From: Opitutia bacterium
GTDB taxonomy: Bacteria; Verrucomicrobiota; Verrucomicrobiia; Opitutales; Opitutaceae
Direction: 5' to 3'
Assembly: GCA_947478395.1 (NCBI GenBank)
Contig: CANJVR010000003.1
Location: forward strand, 32,001 to 96,000
Length of the DNA: 64,000 bases
Positions 31,009 through 39,405 of this stretch are shown here, piece by piece. Made by a program: the position numbers and the translations under genes. Below the pieces are notes generated by a model that ran no database searches, was not told the origin of the DNA, and was given only the letters and a program-made list of their open reading frames with translations. The number at the start of each line of letters is the position of its first letter. The stretch's first letter is position 1.

Positions 31009-32037
31009 TCAAACGAGCCCGGCGGTCTCGGGAAATCCGAACCAGAGGTTCATGATTTGCACCGCCTGCCCACTGGCACCCTTAACCAGATTATCTTCGG
31101 CCGAGGTGAGCACGAAGTTACCGGTGCGCGGATCGTGCACCGCGGAGATATCGATGCGGTTCGTGCCCACGACATGCGCGGTGTCGGGAGTTTCACCGGC
31201 CGGCAGCAGTTGAACAAACGGCGATTCGCTGAACGCTCCACGCCACGCATCGTAGAGCGCTTCGATGGTCGCGCCGGGCGCGGCCGGAACCGTGATGGTG
31301 GTCGCAATACCGCGCCGCATCGGCGCGAGATGGGGATTAAACTGAATGACGACTTTGCCCCCCCCGGTGTGGAGCGTCAGTTGCTCCTCGATCTCGGCCA
31401 GGTGACGGTGCTTGACGAGCCCATAGGCCTTGGCGCTCTCGGCGCGTTCCACAAAAAGATAGGCTTCATCCAATTTCCGCCCCGCCCCGCTGACTCCGCT
31501 GAAAGAGTTGACGACGATATGATCGCGGGCGACGACGCCGGCTTTTAGCAACGGGACCAGAGGAATTAAAATACTGGTTGGGTAACATCCCGGCGCCGCG
31601 ACCAGTTTCGCTTCGGTCTTCCAATTTACCGGCGTCAGTTCGGGCAGCACGAAGCGGGCGGACGCCAGCAATTCGGGCGCATGATGCTCGCCATAGTATT
31701 TTTGGTAGGTGGCCAGCTCCGAGATGCGAAAATCCGCGCTCAGATCGATCACGCGTTTGCCGGCCGCCACCAACGCCCGCGCATAGATCGCGGCGGCGCC
31801 ATGAGGCAGGGCCAGGAAAAAGAGTCCGATGTCGGACTTGGCCAAAGCGGGGGCGTCGGAGTCGACGAATTTCAAACCATGATCGGCACCACGAACCGAC
31901 GGAATGACGCTCCCTAATTTTTTCCCCGCATGGGTGCGCGACGTAACCGCCGAAAGTTCAACCTGCGGATGATTCAGGAGTAGCTTGACCAGTACTTCGC
32001 CGGAATAGCCCGATGCGCCAACGATACCAACTTTCAT
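31009..32037 (-). CDS. argC: N-acetyl-gamma-glutamyl-phosphate reductase
   Basis: GASGYSG, ALPHG, DLSADFR, PGCYPT, SGVSGAG, DNLVKGASGQAVQ. Confidence 0.97.
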   Translation of the reverse strand: MKVGIVGASGYSGEVLVKLLLNHPQVELSAVTSRTHAGKKLGSVIPSVRGADHGLKFVDSDAPALAKSDIGLFFLALPHGAAAIYARALVAAGKRVIDLSADFRISELATYQKYYGEHHAPELLASARFVLPELTPVNWKTEAKLVAAPGCYPTSILIPLVPLLKAGVVARDHIVVNSFSGVSGAGRKLDEAYLFVERAESAKAYGLVKHRHLAEIEEQLTLHTGGGKVVIQFNPHLAPMRRGIATTITVPAAPGATIEALYDAWRGAFSESPFVQLLPAGETPDTAHVVGTNRIDISAVHDPRTGNFVLTSAEDNLVKGASGQAVQIMNLWFGFPETAGLV

Positions 32038-32112
32038 AGAAGAGGAGTGTGCCTTTTCCGAGGCGGATAAATCGAGCCGGAATTTTCGGAAACGACTAGA
32101 CCGCCTGCCATT

Positions 32113-32149
32113 AAAAACAAAACAGCCCGCGCCAGTGAAGGCGCGGGCC
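32113..32149 (-). terminator. Intrinsic terminator of the porin-like gene
   Basis: Minus strand: GCCCGCGCC-TTCACT-GGCGCGGGC followed by TGTTTTGTTTTT. Confidence 0.75.
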
Positions 32150-32199
32150 GAGAAGCGATGCGCTCGAAGCGCACGACGAAAACGCTTAGGCTAGATCAA

Positions 32200-32991
32200 T
32201 TAGAATGAGTAAGCGTAGCTGATCGTCACCACGCCGCGGCCAACCGCGCTCGAGATAGAGCTCTTGGGAAACGAACCCTGCTTCGCGAAGGCATTGCTGC
32301 CTTTGGTGTACGCGAAGCCCACCGTCAGCTTGGATTCCTTGGTCAGTTGGAACGGAGCGGCCGCGCTGAGAAGCCAGTAATTGCCCCACGCCTTCACCGC
32401 CGGAGAAAAATTCCGGCTGGCATCTTTCACCAGGTACGTTCCGCCCACTGCCGAGAAATCGAGCTCCGTGCCGATTTCCTTCAACGGAACAGCATACGCG
32501 GCCGTGAATTCATACGTGGGACCCTTGAGCATGAAATCCCAGTACAATTTCGGCGTCAGCTTCAAACCCGCCAACGTGTAGTTAAAGGCGATGTTGGGTT
32601 CAAAGGTCGAGCGATAGAGCCCCGCGTTGAGGTCAGCGCGCGGATAATAGTAGTAAGTGAATCCAACCACGATGCTTGAAGCAGGATTCAGCGTGACCGT
32701 GTCCGAGCCGTAAAAATCGAACTCAGGATCGGAGACTCCGGGGACTTTGTCCGCTAGGGGGAAATTGCTCCAGACGCCGGCGACGACATCACCGTAGCCC
32801 AGCTCGACCGCGGGCTGGAAGGACGGGCCGCCTAGACGCTGGCCACGAAACATGTACTGCGAGACAATCGACGGCGTGGCGGTGACGGACACCGTGGGCA
32901 CCGCGGACGCGGGGGCCGGAACTGACTGCGCCTGCGCGGAAAACGCGCCGACGACAAGTGCACTGATAAGTGCGAGGGATTTCTTATTCAT
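32200..32991 (-). CDS. TorF-like putative outer-membrane porin
   Basis: Signal peptide, SQYMFRG…PSFQP, EFDFY, alternating beta pattern, C-terminal YSF. Confidence 0.8.
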   Translation of the reverse strand: MNKKSLALISALVVGAFSAQAQSVPAPASAVPTVSVTATPSIVSQYMFRGQRLGGPSFQPAVELGYGDVVAGVWSNFPLADKVPGVSDPEFDFYGSDTVTLNPASSIVVGFTYYYYPRADLNAGLYRSTFEPNIAFNYTLAGLKLTPKLYWDFMLKGPTYEFTAAYAVPLKEIGTELDFSAVGGTYLVKDASRNFSPAVKAWGNYWLLSAAAPFQLTKESKLTVGFAYTKGSNAFAKQGSFPKSSISSAVGRGVVTISYAYSF

Positions 32992-33151
32992 AGTTTGGTT
33001 TGTTTGTTTGGTAGTCTGACTGAACCCGCGCCGACCCTTTGATCGTGCGGGAGGTTCCAAGGTAAACGCTAATACCTCGAGAGGCCACAACCTGAAAATG
33101 CACCGAGGTGACGTCCTTGGTGGCTCTCGGCCATAAATTTATTTTCAGGCC

Positions 33152-33364
33152 TTAAATGCGGAAAATTATCTCATTATTTATTTCCCATGCACCAAGCCCC
33201 AGTAAAGTCAGGCAAATGGTGGTGGCGCCGGGATGCGCCGCGAGATGGCGGAAATCCCAAATTAGCTCGTGGCCGTCGTCATGTCCCGGATGCGCCTGCG
33301 CGAGCGACGTAAGCGTCAGCAGGCAAGATCCCAGAAACCCGGTCCGAACGAATGAATTTCTCAT
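33152..33364 (-). CDS. Small exported His-motif protein (AHPGHDDGH), possibly truncated
   Basis: Signal peptide ending AQA, then HPGH, then one hydrophobic helix; atypical AT-rich 3' end. Confidence 0.6.
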   Translation of the reverse strand: MRNSFVRTGFLGSCLLTLTSLAQAHPGHDDGHELIWDFRHLAAHPGATTICLTLLGLGAWEINNEIIFRI

Positions 33365-33434
33365 CGCGCAGCAAGTAAGCAGTTCGTGTGCCATTTCGCC
33401 AATCCGAATTTGCGCGGGCGAGGTGTCGGCGAGC

Positions 33435-33509
33435 GTAGCGCGCGACTTGAGCGCGCGCACTCGGTGCCAGCGCGTCCAACTCGGAACGCGGGCTGAAGCC
33501 TCGCGCGCC
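33435..33509. repeat. REP-like family C copy
   Basis: GTAGCGCGCGACTTGAGC…GAACGCGGGCTGAAGCCTCGCGC; right arm identical to the 4271 copy. Confidence 0.7.
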
Positions 33510-33513
33510 CAAC

Positions 33514-33543
33514 AAAAAAGCCGCCTCGAACGAGGCGGCTTTT
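33514..33543 (-). terminator. Intrinsic (likely bidirectional) terminator after rpsI
   Basis: AAAAAAGCCGCCTCG-AA-CGAGGCGGCTTTT. Confidence 0.9.
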
Positions 33544-33567
33544 GAAAAACGAAAGCTACGAAGCGAC

Positions 33568-33966
33568 TTAGCGCTTCGAGAACTGGAAGCGCTTGCGCGC
33601 GCCCGGCTGACCGGCCTTCTTGCGCTCTTTGGCGCGGGGATCGCGCTTCATGTGGCCTGCCTTCTTGAGGGCGGGACGAAGTTCAGCGTTCATCTTCTGC
33701 AGCGCCCGGGCGATGCCGTGGGCGACCGCACCAGCCTGGCCGGCGAGTCCGCCGCCCGAGACATTGGCGATGACATCGTATTTTTCCCGCAGCGCGACCG
33801 TGACCAACGGCAACGCGGCGGCCTTGGCGAAACTCTCCGGGACGAAATAGGAATCGAAGCTGCGGCCATTGGCGGTCAGCTTACCGGTGCCGTCGACGAG
33901 ACGGATGCGGGCCGTGGAGGTCTTGCGACGGCCGGTGGCGGTGAAAACGTTCGCGGGTGTGCTCAT
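33568..33966 (-). CDS. rpsI: 30S ribosomal protein S9
   Basis: [21 protein letters not shown]…[10 protein letters not shown]. Confidence 0.98.
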   Translation of the reverse strand: MSTPANVFTATGRRKTSTARIRLVDGTGKLTANGRSFDSYFVPESFAKAAALPLVTVALREKYDVIANVSGGGLAGQAGAVAHGIARALQKMNAELRPALKKAGHMKRDPRAKERKKAGQPGARKRFQFSKR

Positions 33967-33974
33967 GGGCGGAA

Positions 33975-34403
33975 TCAAACGGAAATTTTGACGGGGTTGT
34001 TCATCTCGTGCGTGTGGGTCGGACCGGCGAACACCCGGAGCTTGGTCAGCATCTTGCGGGCAATCCGGTTCTTGGGCAGCATACCTTTGACGGCGTGCTC
34101 GATAATGAACTCGGGGTGGCGTTCCCGCATCAGCTTCATGCTGCGGTAGCTTTCGCCACCGACGAAGCCCGAGAAAAACATGAACTCGTTCTGGTCTTCC
34201 TTCTTACCGGTAAGAACCACCTTCTCAGCGTTGATGACTACGACGAAATCGCCGATATCGACGGTCGGGGTGTAGGAAGCTTTATTGCGACCGCGAATGA
34301 TATTGGCGGCTTTCACGGCGAGACGACCGAGCACTTGTCCCTCGGCATCGATCAGATACCACTTGGGCTGCACTGTCTCCTTCTTGGCGAGGAACGTTTT
34401 CAT
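33975..34403 (-). CDS. rplM: 50S ribosomal protein L13
   Basis: WYLIDA…[23 protein letters not shown]. Confidence 0.98.
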   Translation of the reverse strand: MKTFLAKKETVQPKWYLIDAEGQVLGRLAVKAANIIRGRNKASYTPTVDIGDFVVVINAEKVVLTGKKEDQNEFMFFSGFVGGESYRSMKLMRERHPEFIIEHAVKGMLPKNRIARKMLTKLRVFAGPTHTHEMNNPVKISV

Positions 34404-34542
34404 GGGAAAAGGGGTTGATAGCTAGGGTTTCAGAGGAGTGTGTCAATGCCTCTTTTCGCTCGGAGCCATCGGAAAGGCGGATCGGTGCATTTGCCGTCAA
34501 CCCAAACTTGTTTTGCCGCGTGATTATGCGAGCGTTTTGCCC

Positions 34543-34938
34543 ATGACCTCTCGTTTTCCACTGCTCGCCGCCGGCCTGCTTGGCCTGACTGGGGTTGCGC
34601 TCGGAGCCTTTGGCGCTCATGCGCTGCGCGAAACGCTCATGGCGCAAGGCACCCGTGGATCCTGGGATACCGCGGTGCACTATCATTTGTTTCACACCGC
34701 GGCGGTTTTCGGCGCCGCGATCTGGTCCAGCCAAGGCGTCGCGCGCAAGGCCGCGCGCCAGATCCTCTCCGCAACGTATTGCTGGACGGCAGGAGTCATC
34801 CTTTTTTCCGGATCGCTCTACGGATTAGCGCTCCAAGGTCCGCGCTGGCTCGGACCGATCACGCCCATCGGCGGCCTCGCGTTTCTCGCCGGCTGGGCCT
34901 GTGTCGCCGCCGCCGGATTAGCTAAACACGAAGCATGA
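34543..34938 (+). CDS. DUF423 (YgdD/TMEM256) membrane protein
   Basis: GAFGAH, TAVHYHLFH, LFSGSLY, GPITPIGG. Confidence 0.92.
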   Translation: MTSRFPLLAAGLLGLTGVALGAFGAHALRETLMAQGTRGSWDTAVHYHLFHTAAVFGAAIWSSQGVARKAARQILSATYCWTAGVILFSGSLYGLALQGPRWLGPITPIGGLAFLAGWACVAAAGLAKHEA

Positions 34939-36347
34939 ACGGAGCGCCGCCGATTCCGGCCGAATTACGCGCAATGCTGGACGTCACGCGCCGGATTGGC
35001 CGGCCACGGCTGGTCGGCGGAGGCGTCCGCGACTGGCTGCTTGAGCTCGAACCGAAGGACTTCGATATCGAGGTCGCGGGCGTCGATTTTGAAACCCTGC
35101 GGCGCGCCCTTTCGCCGTTTGGCGTGACCGATGTGGTTGGCCGAAATTTCGGGGTCCTCAAAGTTCGCGGTGCAACCAGCGGCGTCGAATACGATTTCAG
35201 TTTGCCGCGGCGCGAATCGAAAACCGGGGCGGGCCATCGGGGATTTACGGTCGCGCCGGATCCGGATCTCAGCGACGCCGAGGCCGCCGCGCGGCGGGAC
35301 TTCACGGTGAACGCGATCTCGTGCGATCCCTTCACGGGTGAATTGATCGATCCGCACGGCGGCGTGGCCGACTTGCGGGCGCGCGTCCTGCGGCATACGA
35401 GCGCGGCATTTGTGGAAGATCCGCTGCGCGTGCTGCGGGCGTTTCAGCTGGCGGCCCGCTTCAATTTCTCACTTGCGCCGGAAACGGCCGCCATCAGCCG
35501 GAGTATCGCCGGCACGTTCGCCGAACTGCCCGTTGAGCGCATCTGGGGCGAATGGGAAAAATGGGCGGTGAAAGCAATCAAGCCTTCGCGCGGTCTGGCC
35601 GTGCTCGAGGAAACCGGCTGGCTCGCTCATTTTCCCGAAATCGCCGCGTTGCGGGGCACGCCGCAGGAGCCCGACTGGCATCCGGAAGGCGACGTGTTCA
35701 CCCACACGCAATATTGTCTCGATGCCCTCGTTGTCCTCGACGAGTGGCCGTCATCGTCACCGGCCCACCGGCGCTTGCTCATGTTCGCCGTGCTCGCGCA
35801 CGACTTCGGCAAACCGGGAACCACCGCTCGCGTGGAAAAGCGCGGAGTGCTGCGGTGGACGAGTCTCGGGCACGAAGCAGCCGGCGCTCCGATCGCGGAA
35901 AATTTCCTGCGCCGCATCGGCGCGCCGCTCGAACTCGATGCCCCGGTCAAAGCGCTCGTAGCTCACCATCTCGCGCACCATCATCACGGGGACGACGGCG
36001 AGTTTTCCGACTCCCACGTTCGCCGCCTCGCGCGCAAGCTGGCGCCGGCGACGATCGGTGATCTGGCGTTGGTCATGACGGCCGATGTTCGAGGCCGCCC
36101 TCCCTTGGAATCCCCGCACGTCATGGCGCTGATCGACCAACTGCGCGGCCGGGCTCACGCCCTCGAATTACAAAGCAAGGCGCCCCAGCCTCTCGTCCTT
36201 GGCCGGCATCTGCTTGCCCTCGGCCACCGGCCCGGCCCGGAATTTAAGCCCGTGCTAGACGCCGCGTTTGAGGCCCAACTCGACGGCGCGTTTGCCGACG
36301 AAGCGGGCGGTGCGATTTGGCTGCGCGCTTTTCTCGAGCACAACTAA
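34935..36347 (+). CDS. cca: CCA tRNA nucleotidyltransferase with HD domain
   Basis: LVGGGVRD, DFDIE, RRDFTVNA, EDPLRVLR, HPEGDVFTH, AHDFGK. Confidence 0.92.
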   Translation: MNGAPPIPAELRAMLDVTRRIGRPRLVGGGVRDWLLELEPKDFDIEVAGVDFETLRRALSPFGVTDVVGRNFGVLKVRGATSGVEYDFSLPRRESKTGAGHRGFTVAPDPDLSDAEAAARRDFTVNAISCDPFTGELIDPHGGVADLRARVLRHTSAAFVEDPLRVLRAFQLAARFNFSLAPETAAISRSIAGTFAELPVERIWGEWEKWAVKAIKPSRGLAVLEETGWLAHFPEIAALRGTPQEPDWHPEGDVFTHTQYCLDALVVLDEWPSSSPAHRRLLMFAVLAHDFGKPGTTARVEKRGVLRWTSLGHEAAGAPIAENFLRRIGAPLELDAPVKALVAHHLAHHHHGDDGEFSDSHVRRLARKLAPATIGDLALVMTADVRGRPPLESPHVMALIDQLRGRAHALELQSKAPQPLVLGRHLLALGHRPGPEFKPVLDAAFEAQLDGAFADEAGGAIWLRAFLEHN

Positions 36348-36815
36348 CTCGGCGGACCCAAGCGTCAGCACACCATCGGTCAAAATCCGCGCCCGCAAAC
36401 CCCCGCGTCCTTTCAGCCACTCTTCCGCTCCGGGAGCGACGGCATGGTTCATCCACTGGCAGGGCCGCGCCTCGTCCGTGCCTTCAAATTCCACGCCGCC
36501 GACGGTGAAGCGCCGGCCGATGAGTCCATTCAAATCAGCGCCGGCGATCAGCACGTTGCGGCGAAATGCGCCTGGCGAAAGGTTCGCTACGCCGAACTCG
36601 CGGCCCACGGCTTCATACGTTTCCCAAGCGAAAAACGTGATCTGGCCCTGGTAATCGGGCCGAAAACCATAAAAGCGGTCGCCCTCAATGCCATACCCCG
36701 CGCGGCAACAAATGTTTTGGATTTCCTGCGTCGGGTGTTCACCGGCCGGCAAAGCACGACGGCCGAAAAAATTATGGCCGGGTGAAACATACAGGCGCTG
36801 AATCTCGATCCGCAT
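36255..36815 (-). CDS. MOSC domain protein
   Basis: GIEGDRF, GQITFF, FRRNVL, RPCQWM, GRGGLRARIL. Confidence 0.88.
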   Translation of the reverse strand: MRIEIQRLYVSPGHNFFGRRALPAGEHPTQEIQNICCRAGYGIEGDRFYGFRPDYQGQITFFAWETYEAVGREFGVANLSPGAFRRNVLIAGADLNGLIGRRFTVGGVEFEGTDEARPCQWMNHAVAPGAEEWLKGRGGLRARILTDGVLTLGSAELVVLEKSAQPNRTARFVGKRAVELGLKRGV

Positions 36816-36833
36816 CGAAAAATCGGTATGAAC

Positions 36834-36892
36834 GTAGGAGCTTGCTTGCAAGCGACGGTTTGAGTCGGCTCGCGCTCGAAATCGCCCGGCAG
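36834..36892. repeat. REP-like family E (GTAGGAGCTTGCTTGCAAGCGA…)
   Basis: GTAG followed by a GCTTGC/GCAAGC hairpin, the classical GTAG-REP architecture. Confidence 0.65.
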
Positions 36893-36901
36893 ACCACCCG
36901 A

Positions 36902-36979
36902 TGTCATTGCGAATCCCGCCGCGGGACGAAGCAATCTGGCGGGCATACCGCGGCGCGCTTCGCGCCCTTCGCCATGACA
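36902..36979. repeat. RPE-like palindrome TGTCATTGCGA…GAAGCAATC…TCGCCATGACA
   Basis: Terminal inverted repeat matches 10/11; abuts the family E REP. Confidence 0.6.
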
Positions 36980-37007
36980 AGATTAACCCCCACCCAAAGT
37001 CACTGAA

Positions 37008-38996
37008 ATGATTCGTGCGTTTCAGTGGGACTTGGCGCGCCAGGTGGAGCGGCTCGACTGGCTGCTCGCCCAGCTTCCGCGCTATGCGGCCTGGGGCTAT
37101 CAGGAGCTTTATCTCCACCTGGAGGATGCGGTCGAATACCCCAGTCTGCCCGGCGTGGCGCGACGCGACGCGTATTCGTATCGCCAGCTCGCCCGCCTGG
37201 TCGACGCCGCAACGCGGGCCGGAATCAAGGTCGTGCCCATCGTGAATCTCCTCGGGCACACGCAATATCTGATCAAGGTGCCGGAGCTGCGCGATCTCAA
37301 CGAACTCCGCGCGCCCGACGGCTCGCCGCTGGAGCGGGGCCAGATTTGCCCCCTGCATCCTCGCACCCTGGAAGTCGCCGAAAAATTGCTGCGCGACATG
37401 GCGCCTTTCTGCACGGCGGGGAAGGTACACGTCGGGCTCGACGAATCGTTTCACCTCGGACAACACCCCCAATCACGCGCCGAGATCGCGGCGATCGGAC
37501 TGCCGGCGCATTTCGCGCGTTACGTGGGGCGCCTGCACGCTTTGACGGAGGCGCGCGGACTGCGTCTCGGATTGTGGGCCGACATGCTGGCCCTGTTGCC
37601 CGCGACGATTCCCCTGCTGCCGCGCGGCGTGATCGCTTACGACTGGTATTATTATCCCTTCGCCAAAAAACCGAAGATCGAGCTGAGAAATTTCACGGAC
37701 TACGATCTGGCGCCAGCGTTGCGCGCCCGCGGTATTGAATACTGGGGATGTCCGATGAACGGGGCCTTTCGCTATGAGCCGCTGCCGGTTTTCGGCGAAC
37801 GGCTCGATAACATCCGCGCGTGGTGGCAACGTTGTCATGCCGTCGGCGCGGCCGGAATGCTGGTGACCTCGTGGGAAGCGTACCGCCTCGCGATCGAAAC
37901 GACGACCGTGGTGGACGCCGCGGCGGCGAGCCTGTGGCTGGAGCTCGATGGCGCGAAAAAATCAAATACGGTGCTGCTGGCGCGAGGGCTGGAAAAGGTA
38001 GGGCGGGTTATCCCTAACCCGCCGCGTTTGGATCCGACCGCGTCCAATCGGCGCGTTAAGGATAACGCGCCCTACCTCGATACCGCGAAGGCGCTCCTCG
38101 CGGCGGACGCGCATGCTTTCTCCGGATACGCGCGCTGGGAAAGCAACGATCGCTGGGATGGCACGAGCGACGCCGACGCCCTTTCCATTTTCGAGCGTGA
38201 AGAAAAAAAATTCGCGCAACTGACCGCGCAGGACCTTCCTCCGCCGCTGGCCGCGAGCGTGGCGTGGCGCCGCTATCTGGCCCAGCGCGATGTTTTCGTG
38301 CGGCGGGCGGCGACGCAGGTTTTCGCTTGGCGGCGCGCGGCAGCGAAAAACCAGCCCGCCCGATTTGAAGGCGATCCGACCGCGGAAATTACCGCGTTTG
38401 TTGCCGCCCTAGCCGCGGGGCGAACGGCGGCGCGCGCGATGTGGAAGCGCACGCGCAATCCCAAACCGCGCGGGCAAAACGAAACAATTCTGGCCGCGGA
38501 CGAGCGCCGGCTGCGAGCGTGGCGGTCATGGCTTGGCGCCGTCGGAAAAAACCCCGCGCACGTGTGGACCGCATCCCCCGTGTGCGGCGCGTGGCAGTTG
38601 ACGTTCACGGTCCACAATTTCGCGCCGGCGCTACAGAAGATCGTCGTCGAACAACAGCGCACCGACGGCACGTGGCAAGACCTCGGCGGACGTTTCACGA
38701 TCGAGTTCCGCGCCGCGGCCGCGCGCCGCCGCGCCGCCGTTACGCGGCCTTTTTCCGTCCCGGTGGCCACGGCGGACGCTGCTCTGCGCCTCGCGGTGCG
38801 GGGACTCGGACAAGTCGCGATCAGCGGCGTGATATTCACCGACGGCGCTCGGGTCCTGCGCGCGAAAGGCTGGCGCGTCGGCCAAAAGAAAATCCTCGGC
38901 CGGCCTGCGCCGCGCCGAGGATTTCCCGAGTTGAATTGGACGCAGAATAACGACGCCGTCGCGCTCAGCTTCCCGTTTTCGCCGGCATTTCGATGA
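37008..38996 (+). CDS. Glycoside hydrolase family 20 (beta-hexosaminidase-like)
   Basis: VPIVNLLGHTQY, ICPLHP, VHVGLDE catalytic motif, WADM, DWYY. Confidence 0.85.
   Translation: MIRAFQWDLARQVERLDWLLAQLPRYAAWGYQELYLHLEDAVEYPSLPGVARRDAYSYRQLARLVDAATRAGIKVVPIVNLLGHTQYLIKVPELRDLNELRAPDGSPLERGQICPLHPRTLEVAEKLLRDMAPFCTAGKVHVGLDESFHLGQHPQSRAEIAAIGLPAHFARYVGRLHALTEARGLRLGLWADMLALLPATIPLLPRGVIAYDWYYYPFAKKPKIELRNFTDYDLAPALRARGIEYWGCPMNGAFRYEPLPVFGERLDNIRAWWQRCHAVGAAGMLVTSWEAYRLAIETTTVVDAAAASLWLELDGAKKSNTVLLARGLEKVGRVIPNPPRLDPTASNRRVKDNAPYLDTAKALLAADAHAFSGYARWESNDRWDGTSDADALSIFEREEKKFAQLTAQDLPPPLAASVAWRRYLAQRDVFVRRAATQVFAWRRAAAKNQPARFEGDPTAEITAFVAALAAGRTAARAMWKRTRNPKPRGQNETILAADERRLRAWRSWLGAVGKNPAHVWTASPVCGAWQLTFTVHNFAPALQKIVVEQQRTDGTWQDLGGRFTIEFRAAAARRRAAVTRPFSVPVATADAALRLAVRGLGQVAISGVIFTDGARVLRAKGWRVGQKKILGRPAPRRGFPELNWTQNNDAVALSFPFSPAFR
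37997..38076. repeat. REP-like family B copy inserted in frame in the GH20 gene
   Basis: Arms essentially identical to intergenic copies; encodes VGRVIPNPPRLDPTASNRRVKDNAPY. Confidence 0.92.
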
Positions 38997-39303
38997 CTTT
39001 GCTGGGGCCGATCTTCACATTTCCGGCCGAACCCGGCACGTATTTTTTCAAGAACTCATCGACCTTGCTGTAGAAAGCGATGCTCAGTTCCTCTCGGCGA
39101 AAACCGTGACCTTCGTTGGCCTCGACGATCATCTCGTAGGTCTTACCGTGTTTCTTAAGCGCGGATTCCATGTCGTAGCCTTGGTCGAGATTCACGCGCG
39201 GATCGTTGCGGCCGTAGGCCATCAGAACGGGAACGCGGATGCGGTCGGCGAAGTTGGACGGCGAGGTATCGTAGGCGCGTTTGCTATCGGCGGACTTGTC
39301 GAG
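38965..39303 (-). pseudogene. C-terminal fragment of an S9 prolyl-oligopeptidase-family gene
   Basis: LDKSADSKRAYDTSPSNFADRIRVPVLMAYGRNDPRV…NEGHGF aligns with the C-terminus of 42583-44685; no N-terminus or GxSxG. Confidence 0.85.
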
Positions 39304-39342
39304 GCGTGGAAGCGCCGGGTTCCGCCAGGTTGGCGGTGGCGC

Positions 39343-39378
39343 AAAATAAAAAGGGCGGCCGGTAGAACCGGCCGCCCT
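39343..39378 (-). terminator. Intrinsic terminator of the TonB-dependent receptor gene
   Basis: Minus strand: AGGGCGGCCGGT…ACCGGCCGCCCT followed by TTTTATTTT. Confidence 0.9.
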
Positions 39379-39405
39379 GGTAGAGCAGATTAAACTGGAA
39401 TCAGC

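Noticed and set aside
32038..32112. ARG boxes upstream of argC
   Set aside because: No TGAAT-N-ATTCA-like tandem palindromes visible
33060..33130. Glycine riboswitch, ANTAR hairpin or NtrC site upstream of the porin
   Set aside because: Only fragmentary resemblance; required motifs incomplete, so kept only as an unassigned structured leader
36816..37472. Long N-terminal extension of the MOSC ORF in the ORF track
   Set aside because: Runs antisense through the GH20 gene and through repeats; the ATG at 36815 fits the MOSC domain start
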